A stretch of DNA of 64,000 nucleotides from Zygnema circumcarinatum SAG 698-1b (lineage: Eukaryota; Plantae; Zygnematophyceae), in contig CM074804.1 in NCBI GenBank assembly GCA_037447605.1, forward strand, positions 1,054,001 to 1,118,000, read 5' to 3'. Shown in pieces: positions 31,176 to 43,689 of the stretch. The notes beneath the pieces were generated by a model. The model searched no databases and was not told where the DNA came from. It saw only the letters and a program-made list of their open reading frames with translations. Position numbers and translations under genes: made by a program. Within the stretch, counting starts at the first letter, position 1. Every line of letters begins with the position of its first letter.

Positions 31176-32359
31176 GGGTGGGTTTCCATCAGCCCGTTAT
31201 TCCGACGTGGCGTCGTAATGGACGACGACCCATGGGTTCCATGAGGCCGTTTCCGCCAACGTGGCGCCGACGTGGCTGCCACGTGGTAACGAGCACCGTT
31301 CCACAGGATGCTGCTCCGGAGGTGGTGTAACGCCATTACGACCATTCGCGTGCCGCCACGTGGCTACCAAAGATCCGCCAGCGTGCGACTGCCACGCTGG
31401 CTGGAAGCCGTCAACGCTCGGTGACCACCGGTCGTGGTCCCAGGTCGCTTCAGCGCCGAGGAAGCTTCCCAAGGTGCAGCCATGGCTGCCGACTTATCTG
31501 AAAAACCACGAGGAGAAGCCCGAGTGCCTGCGAACGGACAACGGGCGTTCCATGAGCCAGTCAGCCAAACGACGTAGAAGCTCGTTGCAAGAGGGAGGGC
31601 TGCGGAGTTAAGCTCCGGTGCTTAACCCTAAAACAGACAGGGGATGAGCACCGAGGGGCCTCTCTTCCCATTCTCGCCTTAGGGTTAGGGTTTGGAGACG
31701 GCTCTGGAGCATGCCGGGAGAGGGGGGGGCTCTCCCTTTACTTCTCGCACCGATGGAGATTTTCTATTAAAGGGAGGAGGGAGATCGCACTCTGTGGTGA
31801 AGGTCTAATGGTTGTGTCGCCGCTCCTCCGCGCTTTAGAAGCAATTGATTAGGATTGTAATTATTATTATTCTTTTTGTTTAATTAATTTGAGTACGTGA
31901 TTGGCAAATTTTCACTGTCAGATTTTTGCTTTCATTCTCATTCTTTTCATTTTTTTATGCTTGCATTTTGGAGAAGGAAAAAAACGAAAAGAGAGACGTA
32001 TGTTGTCACATGTCCTTTCCACAACTTCCACCACAACAATAATATTTAATGCTGGTGAATTGCGAGGCAAACGCCGCGAATGGCGTTGTTGCGAAAGGCA
32101 GGGGAGGAGGGAAGAGAAGGGAGCGGAGGTGGCGGCTGTAGTGGCGGCGGCCGTCGCTTCCTGCAAACACTAAAAAACTGTCGGGAGCGACGCGCGTGCG
32201 GTAACCGCGGTGGGCCACGGCGGACGCTTCATATCGTGCACGTGGCGAACGCTGATTGGAAAACGGCGTTTTGATGGAACTCGGCTTTTTATCTGCAAAA
32301 CGGCGTCCTACGTGGCCCGTAACGAGCTCGTTACGAAACGGGCTGATGGAAACCCACCC
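31176..32359. mobile_element. Tourist/PIF-Harbinger-like non-autonomous element, long copy (1184 bp)
   Basis: Perfect 23-bp TIRs GGGTGGGTTTCCATCAGCCCGTT flanked by TAA (31173-31175 and 32360-32362). The first ~225 bp and last ~100 bp match the short copy; about 860 bp of extra internal sequence. Confidence 0.85.
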
Positions 32360-32687
32360 TAAGTCTGATCCCCCCCCCCCCCTTGTCGCCCCGCCGCGCT
32401 CCCCCGCTGCCGCCCTCCGTTTTGTCGCCACGTGCGTTGGCCTCGCGACGGAGAGGCGCTCGCACGTGCGTGACGCGCAAGGCGACAAGGCGCGGGGCGA
32501 TTTCTCATCGGCGAAGTGCTTAATTTGCAATTCCTCGGCCTCCAAGTGGGCGCGCTCAATCGGGCCTTTTTAGTATGCCTTTTAGTATTCCTGGAAATCT
32601 CGGAACGTTACGGACAGGTTCGGGGGAAAGCCGCGGTTTCCGACCGAATTTCCGGGCAAAGTCTGACCCGCCCTAGTATATACCGTT

Positions 32688-32840
32688 TTGTCATCCAATG
32701 GTTCTGAACCATTCGAATGGTTGCCAACCATTGGATGCCCAACCATTGCCATCCACTGGTTCTGAACTAATCGAATGGTTGTTTAGGTCCGGCGCCAATG
32801 GTTGGCAACCATTCGAATGTTCAAAACCATTGGATGGACA
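32688..32840. repeat. Fold-back palindromic repeat built from AACCATT/AATGGTT units
   Basis: catccaatggttctgaaccattcgaatggttgccaaccattgg (32692-32734) is near-perfectly inverted at 32795-32836 and contains the perfect palindrome aaccattcgaatggtt. Confidence 0.8.
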
Positions 32841-32889
32841 ACCATTGTGTAACAAAATGGTATATATTAACAAAAACATTTGCGATCGC

Positions 32890-33009
32890 TTTAAGGTTTA
32901 AGGACACGGGTTAGGCCGTTGGTGGTTGCGGACAAGGAACTCAGCACCCGTAGGCTGAGTTCACAATCTGCAACCACCAGTGGTCTGACCTCTGTTCTTA
33001 AACCTTAGA
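32890..33009 (+). other. 120-nt imperfect hairpin (MITE-derived or pre-miRNA-like)
   Basis: Checked base by base: about 51 of 56 arm positions pair (8 G.T), with one C/C mismatch, a 4x4 internal loop and an 8-nt terminal loop (acccgtag). Confidence 0.75.
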
Positions 33010-33485
33010 ACAACCTCAAATGGGTTATTTCATTATTATTATTATTATTATGCTTTTTACTAATTTAACAATGTTTGGTATAATTAAAAACCAATATTCA
33101 TTCCGATTTTCGTCCCTACATTTATTTCACACAACGTACTGATTTTAAATTTTGTATCTATAACCCTCAACTAGTACTCAGTAGAACTGGCTGAACATAG
33201 ATCGATCGTACAGCGCGCCTCTCCAACATATTCGTACGATGATGTGCGCGCGGCTCCGGTGATGTCGACCTCTCGACGCCCTGAACCCTGCCAGGACCTT
33301 ATCCCCCAAAATCCGTTCTAAGATATCGCCCCTCTGCGCTCCCCCCGCCACTCCCTTCTCCTTTTTGCTCTCACTGTCTCTGTCGCTCGCTCTCTCGCCC
33401 TCTCCCTCTCTCTCTCTCCCTCTCTCTTTCTCTCTCTTTATTTCTCTCTCTCTCTCTCCCTCTCTCTCTCTCTCTGTAGACAATC

Positions 33486-35821
33486 ATGGCGGCCACGCTG
33501 CGGCTTCCGAACGCCACGTCAACACTGTTGTCGAGCGGTCGCGAGAGCTTGCCAGCGAGGCGGCAACCTGCAGGTATGTCTCTCTCGTTCCCTCCCTCTC
33601 ATTCTCTCCCTCTCCCTCTCCCGTTCCCAGTCTCTCGCGCTCCCACTCTTCGTCTTCACCCACTCCCATCTTCCCATCTCCGTTTCTCTCTCTGCCACGT
33701 GGGGTACTCGCTATCTCCACCTCTCCACCCTTTCGCCCTCCATTGTTTCTTTCGCTCGTTCCGACTGCTCGTTCTCTTTCGCTCTCACTTCTCCCCCCTC
33801 CTCGTCGTCCCTTCCTTCGCCGTAATTCATTCTGTTTCTTCCTTTTTTTTTCTTAACAATTCCTCTCCGTGTCTCTTCTGCTTCTCTCGCTCTCTCCTCT
33901 TACTCGCTCTTTCGCCTCTTCAGCCGACTCCTCTTTTTTCTCGCCCGCTTTCTTAAATAAATTTGTCTCCCTATCTCCTTCAATTATGAGTTATGGGTTT
34001 CGCTCCACTCTCCAATACCACCCTCCTCCGTCCCTTTTTCCCTCGCGTCTGCCACTTTTCACGCTTTCGTTCTCAAGAAGCAGAGTTTCTCTTCCTTCCT
34101 CTGCCTCTCTCCCCCTCTCCCTCTCCCTCCCCCACTTTCTCTGTCCCCCCCTCCCCCTCTCCTCTCCGTATCCCCAACTCTCTGCCCTTATTTATTCTTT
34201 TGCTCGTCCTCCATTCCCTAATCCTTGCACCCTTTGCCTTCACTCTCTCTTTCTCTTTTGCTCTCTCCCTCTCTCTCACCCCCCTTTCCAGCTTCGTCCC
34301 CTTCTATTCCATTCCTCTCCTTTCTCTAGCTTCCATTCACCTTTTTCTCCTTTCCTATTCTTTGTATCTCCTCACTCTCCCTTCCCCCTTTTCCTCTCTC
34401 CCCCCGTTCCACTGTGCCTTTTGAGTCTCCCTATCTTTCCTCTTCTCTCCCTCTCCCACATTATTCATAGTTCTTATCAAAGTATAGCATATCAACTTCC
34501 TTAATCCTAATCATGACCTATCGTGTTCAATATCGTTTTTTGTACCATTCCTTCTGTTATCCTTCTTACGATTCTATATATTTAAGAACCTTATATCTAG
34601 AAGCCTTTCTCTTTTTGCCCCTTTTTAATCTCCTTGGAACTGCTTCCTCTATCGATTTCTTCAGGTCTCCCTGCGTTCCGTAAAAGCGGAGTTTTTGGCG
34701 ACCGTAGAATCCAACTGTCTACGCCCGCATGTAATGCGCATTTAACTCGATATAGAAGGCCCAAAACATCAACAACTATCACAAGTCTCTTTGGGTTGGG
34801 AGTGCCGGAACTCGTTGTTATTGCGGGAGTGGCGGTGGTATTGTTTGGCCCAAAGCAGCTTCCGGAGATCGGGAAAAGTTTGGGGAAAACTGTGAAAAGT
34901 TTTCAGCAGGTAATGAGTATTTGAAGTTGGGGTGTAAAAAAGAGTGGTGACGAAGGAACCTGGAATTGAGTGCGACTTGGTTTTTAGGCTTGTGAGGTGT
35001 TATTAGGGAGTTGGGTATTTGTAGGGTGTGATTGATTTCGATTTTGGGGGGAGGAAGGGGGAAGTGGGGAAGGCGATGTGGACCAGCAGGGGAAGGAGAG
35101 GAGAGTAGGGGAGGGAGGGCATGAAGGGAGAGAGAGAGGGTGGAGGGAGAGGAGGGCGGGGGTAAGGGAGGAGAACTGAAAGCGAGGGAGATCATGTAGA
35201 GAAATATTGCAGGAAGGAGTGGTAGAGGGGGAGGCGGACGGAGATGGAGTGGGAGGTGAGAAGGGAGTGGTAAGCAGAGTGAAATGGAGAGGGAGGTGAG
35301 GAGTAACTTTGATAACAGGGATGGAGAAAGGCAGGAAAAGGTCAGAGCATGAGTAGGAGAGGCAGATAGCATGGGGGATTGGGGGGGCGAAGACCGAGAG
35401 AGCGGGCCGAGGGAGACAGGAAGAGAGGATAGTACGAAGATACTGATAGTAGGAAGACGGAGCGGGAGAAGTGAGAGAGTCAGAGCGCGGGAGGTGTAGA
35501 GCGGAGCGGAGGGGGGAGAGGGAAGGGCGGGGATCAGATGAAGTGCGCGAGGGAGAGCCAGGGGAAGGGGAAGGGTGACCTGGAGTAAGTGTGGGAGAGG
35601 GAGAGAATGAGGGAGGGAGAAGACGTGTCGAAGACAGAGAAGGAGAAGACGGGAGAGGAATGCTGGCAGAGCTAACCATAATTGACCATTTTTTTGCGTT
35701 GCAGGCTGCGAAGGAGTTCCAGACTGAGATCAAGACCAGTGCAGACGGAGCCGCGGATGCCTCTCCCGCCTCTATGACGGTTGACGCCGTCAAGAAGACT
35801 GAAGAGAAGGAGAAAGTCTAG
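33486..35821 (+). CDS. TATA: Thylakoid twin-arginine translocase subunit TatA/Tha4 (~149 aa)
   Basis: join(33486..33573,34665..34909,35705..35821); transit peptide followed by LFGLGVPELVVIAGVAVVLFGPKQLPEIGKSLGKTVKSFQQ|AAKEFQTE. Confidence 0.95.
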
Positions 35822-36989
35822 AGCAAAAAACCGTCCCCTTTTTTTTTTTTTCCGGTTTTCGGTTTTGGAATGTTCCCCTGACTATAGGTTTCAGGGATTG
35901 CGGAGGTTCAGAGATCCACTTTTGACCTTTTTGGATGGTCTTGGCCTTTTGAAATCAGTACATGTGACGAGGTCTATAGTGCAGGCGAATTTCAGTTGCA
36001 GTGTATTTTCGTTTTGTTTCCTTCACGTGAAGCGTCCACGCTTTGCTTAGACATAAACATGAGTAGGAGAGTGAGGATGACTTAGTTTTAGGGTTTTCAT
36101 TGTACATGTATTAAAGCAATGTTGACGTTTCTATTCGAATCTCTGTAATGTTAGTTAGTTGTATCTTTCTATTTCGCTTTTCTTGTAAATACTCCTCTAC
36201 CCCCTTGTTTTCGCTCCTCTCTGACATTTCTCCCGCTCTCCCCCGACCCATCTCTCCGTTTCCCCGCGACTCCCTCTCATCTCTCTTTTCTTGTCTCCCT
36301 CCCCCTCCCTCTCCCTCTCGTCTCTCTCTCTCTCTCCCTCTCCCTGTAAACTAGCTCTCTCTTTCATGTCTTCTGCCCCCTGCCTCTCCCTGTAACTCCA
36401 CTCCTTGGTCTCTCCCCTTTCTCCCTATACCCTCTCTATTTCCTTCCCCTCTCGCTCTCCCTCCGCCTCGCCCTCGTCCTGTACATGCACCATCCCTCTC
36501 GCCTCTCTCTTCCTCTCCTCCCCGTCGTTTCTCCCCCCTTCCCTCTCCCTCCCCCCTCCGCCTCTCTCTCCCTCTTCCTAGTCCGTATTGCACGGTGGCA
36601 GCAGTAACTCTCCAGCAGAGCAGGCAGCACAAATTTCAACGAATGAGTCCAGAGAAAAAGGGTCAATATGACCGCTCGAACCAAAGGCACTACAAGGCCA
36701 TCATCACTTCAAAACGCTAAGACGTAACACCCTAATCCCTCCGGTCGGCAATGTATGAAAAGCCACCACACCTAAACTATCTCTCTCTCTCTCATCGAAA
36801 AAACAGAATCCTTCAGGTGCTCCCGCCATCCCCTGAACCCTGCAGTGCTTGTTTTCACCACCGCGGATGGCAGGACCAGGAACCACTAGTCCATACTGAG
36901 GCGACTGAATATCTGTACATAAAACGGCTAAGGTCTCCGCGATTCCACACAAATGTATATGCGGCTTCAAATTAGGGTTCTGTGGAAGC

Positions 36990-38321
36990 TTATGCAGATG
37001 TTGATGAAGAGGAGCGAGCTTCTTTCTTTGTGAGGAACCGAACCGCCACAGCCAGCGCCAGTATGGCTACGGGCACAAGAAACTGAAGCACAGTGGTGAA
37101 GATATTACTGGACGAGCTTGCCGGCTTGTAGCCGGCCTCCGTTGAAGCCTTTGCAGGCTTCACTGGAAGAGTGCTCATATCCAGCTCACCGATGTAAAAC
37201 TCCTGAAGCTGCTTCCTCGCACCCGTGCTGTGGCCCACATCTTCGAAGTCGTCTGTGGCATCTTTCCCTGCGAGGAAGAGAAAGAATTCCGTTGAGCCGA
37301 AAGAGAGAATCAAGATATTGCAATATATAAGTCAAGGAAACAAAGCTTAGGTCAGAATGTGGTACAAAAGAATACAATCACAGTTATCGATCACTTCTCC
37401 TTTATCCCTCTTCTCAGTTCTTCCGTTTTTCCTCTATCTTGGTGTAGAGAGGGAGGATGGAGGGTGGATGGAGGGAGAAGGGAGAGCGGTGGGAAGGAGA
37501 GCGAGAGATAGAGTGAGAAAGACACCTTCATCGAGGAACCAACCCGCCTCTTTTTCACACTACCAACAGCAACAACATCATCCGTCCAAGCCATCATCAC
37601 TGAAAGAAGAAGTCACTTTTTTTCCGTTCAACCTCATCTAGCAAAACTCCGCCTACGACTTGCAAAATCCACCAGATTCGGTTACATATTTTTTGAGCAA
37701 AAAAATAGAACATAAACAAACGAACTCTCTCCTTTCCTACAATCTCACCGGTCGAAGAAAGCATTACTTCGTCTCCTCCAGGGTGCTCATCCATAAACTT
37801 GGTGACATCATAGACCTGTTGCATGCACAGATTCACATCAGTTTTACAACCTACAGGTGTCAGCTCAGATCCTGCTCAGTCTGCGGCTGGACAAACATCC
37901 AGAAACATGAGCGGTTCCGGAACTCAGATTTTTGCAAGCACCAAGTAGCTTACAGTATGACCTTTTTTCCCTCTCCAAACAAATCTCAAATAAACTGAAT
38001 TGTCAAAAGAGTCTGTTCAAATGCAAAGTCCATGTCCAACAAGTTTCCTGCAACAAATATCCTTGCTGCTAAAACTCTTGAAACTCCTGGATCGCTTTCA
38101 GGATCTGAAAATGGTCCCATAAACAGGAGAAATACATATATTCATAAAATAAAATAATAAAAAGACAAAACCAATTATTATAAAGGAAAAATCCTCACCT
38201 TCCCGTCAATAATGAGCCAGCAGTCCTTGTCAGTGGCATGCTTTGAAACCTCCTCGAGGGTGTACACCTTCGCGCCCTCCGCCGCCACTGCCGGCTGCGC
38301 CGCAGCATCTGCTTCCCCCAT
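36990..38321 (-). CDS. CB5: Tail-anchored cytochrome b5 (~155 aa)
   Basis: complement(join(36990..37267,37749..37815,38199..38321)); [20 protein letters not shown]|[20 protein letters not shown]|[13 protein letters not shown] (both heme-ligand His present); C-terminal TM helix with a basic tail. Confidence 0.96.
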
Positions 38322-38828
38322 GACTGCCTCCTCCAAACCCTAATTTCTCAAACCCTGATCTTCCAACACCCCACCCCGCCTTCTATATTCTCACTCTGCA
38401 GCCCTTAGATCTGAATCCCAAGAACCGAACCAAGGATTTGCGAAGCCCTAAAACCCTAAATCTTGACCCTCACAACCTCTCCCTCCTCTCCTTCTTACTT
38501 AGCACTCGCCTTTTAGGTACAGACTTGCTGTCAGGAAGCTCGTTCCATGCAGCTCCGTGAAATTCTAGTGCCAGTTACACTACTGTTGTTCTGAACTGTC
38601 AGTTGTCAAACTGTCGAGCTCGGAAACACCATGGAAAGCTTGACAGGTGTCAGACCAACCGAATGGTCATTTCGTACGATAAAGTCGTACATACGTACTG
38701 TACGATTCTGAAAAGTACGGTACTTTCTGATCGAGGCGTACGGGTGAAATGTCTTGTTGGTGCACAGGAGTTTTGGACCAGATGGAGTTTTGGAGAGGGT
38801 GAGCTTTGAGCTTGAGAGGGAGGCTGCC

Positions 38829-41800
38829 ATGGCGGAACTGTACGCCTTTTTGGTGGCCGGTGCGCTGATCGCCTTGCTGCTTCTGCTTGCATTTATCCTC
38901 CGCTTCAGTCGAGCAGATGGTATGCTAATTTCTGAAATGTTTTCAAAGAGCTTCAAGGAATTGAGGGTTCGTATGGGGGTCAGTTAGGGTTAGGGTTAGG
39001 GTTAAAAGTTCAATGTAGGGCTGTCCGGTTGGGTTGTCGGTGATGGTTAGGGTTAAACTGTCATCCCCCATCTCTCTCTCTTTCTGTCTCTCCTTCTCTC
39101 TCTCTCTTTCTCTCTCCCCCCCTCCCGTCCATGCCTCTTCCTCGTTCCCTGTCCTCCATGCAGTATGCTGTAATAACTGAACCAGCAAGCAGACTGACAT
39201 AGAACCTCCCATGGCTGTGTTCTGACAGCTGACCTGGCGCTGCTGGCCAAGGGAGCGCCGCCACGTGGCGCCTTTCATGGCAATGTGTGCCATGAACCCT
39301 TAATGCTCACAAACCCCACATCCCCCAATAACCATGTGCATACATACATACATACATACATACATACATACATACATACATACATAGACATATATTATCA
39401 TCTACATCAAACATATCTACATGATACATACATGTAGATGCATCCATCCATGCATATATTTACAACACATACACATACATGTTACGGTTTTAGTGACTCC
39501 ACATTTTTGCAGTCCATCATTCCAGTTCCTGTTTGTTGTCTTGACTGGCGAACAGCTTACAGCAGAAGAGGCCAGGATTAACCGATTTCATTATGAATAT
39601 TTCAGAAAGGTGTACTGGTAACCTCTGTTCTCTGAGTTGGTGTTTCAAAGCAGGTGGTGTGGATCACGGGAGCCAGTCAGGGAATTGGTGAAGCTCTTTT
39701 TCTTCACTCTTTGTAACTAATAGACTACCTGGTCATAGTTCAAAATGTGTAACCCTGAGAAAATGTATAAAACCTAGAGCATAGGCACATCAAAATTACA
39801 AACTTGAAAACCCCCAAAACCAGTTGCATTCTACGAAACAATAAACCTAAATACTCCGAGGACCTTGGATCGGCCATGAAGTTTAAATAGCTCTACCACT
39901 CTGAATACCCGAAGTAGGGTTAACATGGGTTGATATTTCAAGTGCTCTAAATGCCCTGAAAACTCTTTGTGGAGAGCCGACAACCCTAAGAAACGTCAAC
40001 TTTTTAAAAGTAGCACATTCTTCTACACCCCTGAAAATCCTAACGGAATCAACCGGGTTAACCGGACACCACTACCGCTCCCTGACTCTCTCTTTCTCTC
40101 TCACACACAGATACACACACACACGTCGCTGTCATGATAAGTAATTTCTTTCTTTCTCGGTCATTTCATTGCTTTTTGTCACCACCCCTGTTGGCAGGTG
40201 AAATGTTGGCTGAGGAATTTTCAATTTTGGGAGCGCTCCTCATATTGTCTGCAAGAAACGAGGAAAAACTCGAAAAAGTGAAGCAAAAGATTCAAGGTAG
40301 AAAGCATGTTCTGACATTTTTTTTTGTTTATCAACTCTGCAGTTTTGTACTTGTTCATTTCTAGGGTTTACTCAGCTGAGTCAAAAAGTACGTTGAATGT
40401 GAAAGGATATCATTTTGGGTCTTCCCGGACACATTTGCAACCTTACGCCCTCCCTCTCCCCTCCTCCCCCGCCCTCCCCTATCCTCCTTCCGTTCCCTCC
40501 TCTTCCCGCCTTCGCCATTTCCAATCCCTCTCCCCCCACTCCCTCTCTCCCCCTTTCCTCTCCCCGCTGTCGCTTACTTTCCCTCTCTCGCCCTCTCTCC
40601 CTCTTCTTCCCCTCTTACCCCCTCGTCCTCTCTCCCTTCCGTACTCTCTCCCTTTCTACTCTTCTCCATCATCCCTCTTTTCCCTCTCTTCCCCTCTCTC
40701 CCTCGCTTCCCTTCCATTTCCTCCCTCTATCTCTCCCATCTATCTCGTCGCCCTCATTCCCACTCGTCGCCTCTCCCTCTCTGTCCTCCGTCCCTCCCTC
40801 ACTTCCCATCTCGCTGCCCCTGTCCCTGTCTCCCTCCCCCTTTCTTCCCACTTCCCCTCGCGCTTTTTCCCTCCCACTCTCCCCGTCTCCCTCTCTCCCT
40901 CTCCCTCTACACTCTCCACTCTCCCCTTCCCGCTCTCCCTCTCCCTCCATCCCCCTCCCCACCCTCTCCCTCTCCCCCCGTTCCCACCTTCCCCTCTCCC
41001 CACCCCCTCCCCTCTCCCTTCCCGCCCTCGCTCTCCCCCTCTCCCATTCTGCCTCCCCCACTCCCCGCCTTCCCCCTTCCTCTCCCGCTATCCCCCTCCC
41101 TCCCTCTCCCTCTCCCTCTCCCTCTCCCTCTCCCTCTCCCAGCCCGGCACCCCTCCGCAGCGGTGGAGGTGCTCCCTCTGGACCTTGCGGGCGGCCCTTT
41201 GGCCCTGCGCGCGGCGGTGGCCGCTGCGGAGGGCCTCCACGGCGGCTGCGGCGTCCACCTGCTCCTTCACAACGCCGGACATCCGCGGCCCGTGCGGCCC
41301 CCTGAACCCTAACCCTAACCCTAACCCTAACCCTGAAAGGGAGGGAGGGAGGGCCTTTGGGGGACATAAGGTTGCTTTGCTTTCGTGTTTTTTTTTGATA
41401 TTTTTTTAGGAATATGTTTTGAGGGGTTGGGATGTGCTGTTTTGGGCGCAGAAAATGACGTGTTTGGAGAGCAGTGATGAGTTTCTGCGGGTGAGGCTGC
41501 GCTGATGGGCAAAACGTAGCTGGGAAAACATTTTGGCTGCCCAATTCCTTGTTTCCGGATATTTTGTATATTATGTTTCTTCTGATTGTTTTTCTTTTTG
41601 GAGCTTTGCAGGCAATGTTTGAGGTGAATGTTTTTGCTCCAATTGAGTTGACCCGGGCGATTCTTCCGTCGATGATTCAACGCGGGGCAGGGAGTGTGGT
41701 GGTGGTAAGTGACCCATATGGGAGAGAAGGAAAGAGAGAGGGAGGGAGGGGAGGGGGGAAGGAGCAAGGGAAGGAAAAGAGAGAGCGAGGGAAAGGAAGA

Positions 41801-43165
41801 GGAAGAGCGGCAGGTGAGGGAGGGATGAGGGAGGGGAGGGAGCGGAGGCAGGGAAGAAGCGAGCGAGGGAAAGTTAGGAATGGAAAGTGGGAGGGAGGGG
41901 AGGAGGGAGAGAGTGAGTCCTGCCTGACAGGCTGGGATGATGTGGGCAGGTGAGCAGTGCAGCGGGAGTGGTGCCATCTCCCACTCAGGGTGTGTACGCA
42001 GCCAGCAAGCATGCCCTCAACGGCTACTTTCACACTCTCCGCTATGAAGTACTCTCTCCTCCGCTTTCCATCTCCCTCTCCCTCTCCCTGTCGATCTCTT
42101 GCTCCCTCTTCTTCAAGTCAAACAGCCATTAGGCCATTAAGTTAGAAGGGAAGCAGCAACTTAGGCACGAGTCCATCTCTCATATATTCTCAGTTGAGGA
42201 CCATCTAAAAGACAATTTTTCTTTGTTTACCTACTTTGGGGGCAGCTGATGAAGACAGGAGTAAAAGTTTGCGTTGTGTGCCCTGGCCCCATTGCCACTG
42301 CTACGCCCCGAAAACTGCCCAGAGGAAATTTTTCAGCTCAAGATGTGTATTCGGCTGTTCCGGATGACGAGGAAGAGACAAAGGTGAGCTTTTGCTTTAT
42401 TTACGAACCCTAAAAACTCTAAAAACCCGCTCTCCCCCTCTCTCTCTCTGTGATTGTGTCCTTTGCCCTTTAACCATTCAAACGTGGGAAAGTGTGGAAG
42501 TGGACCTTGAACCAGTGTTTCATGTATTCATATTTTACCCAATTATTTTTTATGAGAAGTGGGTCGGATGAACACCCGGTTTTTCCGTTGAACTGATGTA
42601 GCCATGCAAGGGCCGTTGCTGAATGGCACTTCAGAATCGAATGACGGCGGAGAGGTGTGCAGAGCTCATCGTCAGAGCGGCTGCTCATGGGATAGAGGAG
42701 GGCTGGATATCACAACATGTAGGGACATCTCCTCCCTCTCCCTCTCTCCCCCAACTCCCTCTTTTTTTTCTCCGCCTCTCACTCACTCCCTCTCACTACG
42801 TATGCTCTATGTGCAGCCGGTCCTTCTGTTTATGTACGTCATGCAGTACTTCCCATGGCTGGGCCATCGTCTCTTGCGCAAGGCAAGTTCCAACTCCATA
42901 CCATCACCCTTGTCTCCCTCTATCTCTCCCTTTGCCTCTGTCTCTCCCTCTCCTTTCTCTGCCACTCTCTCTCATTCATCGTCCTCGCCCATTCCCTCCC
43001 TGTTGTAAGTTGGATCATTGTTGGAATCCATCAGGAACTCCAATCTCTCTCTCTTTCACTCTCTCTGTCCAGATCGGGCCGAAGCGAGTCAGAGCTCTGA
43101 AGGATGGCGAGAAGGACCTCTACAGTACAAACCTCCTCTTTGGCATCAGCAAGAAACCAAAGTGA
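38829..43165 (+). CDS. Membrane-anchored short-chain dehydrogenase/reductase, DHRS7-like (12 exons)
   Basis: join(38829..38919,39229..39284,39654..39687,40198..40296,41143..41291,41452..41490,41612..41704,41950..42048,42246..42383,42635..42718,42817..42882,43073..43165). N-terminal TM, VVWITGASQGIG, HNAG, FEVNVF, VSSAAG, catalytic YAASK, CPGPI. The last intron has a GC donor; the exon 2 donor is weak. Confidence 0.9.
39340..39386. repeat. (CATA)n microsatellite in an SDR intron
   Basis: About 11 tandem CATA units. Confidence 0.9.
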
Positions 43166-43689
43166 TGTGATGGCAAGCCTCTTCTGACATCATGATGTAC
43201 CATGTACCGTGTAAATCAGGTCCGGTGGGTTTCTTCTTTTTTCACAACGATCTAATACCCTGATCCCTGAACCCTAAAGCCCTTCTGAAAAGGTGTTGTG
43301 TAAAGGCTAGGCGCCCACAGATGTACATTTCGTGTACCCCCAATAGATAGGCTCACAACACAATTGTTTTTTGGGATGAAGATGTTGCAATATTTACTTA
43401 CGGTTTTGTCACGCTGTCGTGTTGTCCCTTAAAGTGGGGCTTTGTTTTCTCATCGTAATGATGGGTAGGAGCAAAAGGGGATTGAGAGACGAGCCCCTCT
43501 CCCTCTCCTTCTCCCTCTCTCTCTCCATCTCCCTCTCCCTAAGCCCAACAAAAGACTGGGAAAAAGAATTGGCGGGATAAGTGGCGGGATGATGGATTTT
43601 TTTGTTTTTGGATTTGATTGAAGTTGCAATTGGATATTCACAGAAAATACAGATTTAAGCCGCTGTGCGGTTATCCCTTCAACAGCCAT

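Larger units (their letters stand above)
30697..32673. mobile_element. Non-autonomous DNA transposon (outer host element) with 15-bp TIRs and a TA target duplication
   Basis: aaaTA|GGGCGGGTCAGACTT (30697-30711) and AAGTCTGACCCGCCC|TAgt (32659-32673). About 460 bp long once the nested elements are removed. Confidence 0.65.

Noticed and set aside
30710-31611. ORFs within the Tourist-like elements
   Set aside because: No DDE or Myb-like Harbinger motifs; GC-rich non-coding repeat sequence.
32908-32991. SECIS or snoRNA interpretation of the hairpin
   Set aside because: No AUGA/GA quartet, apical AA, C/D boxes or H/ACA double-hairpin layout, and it is not in the 3' UTR of a UGA-containing gene.
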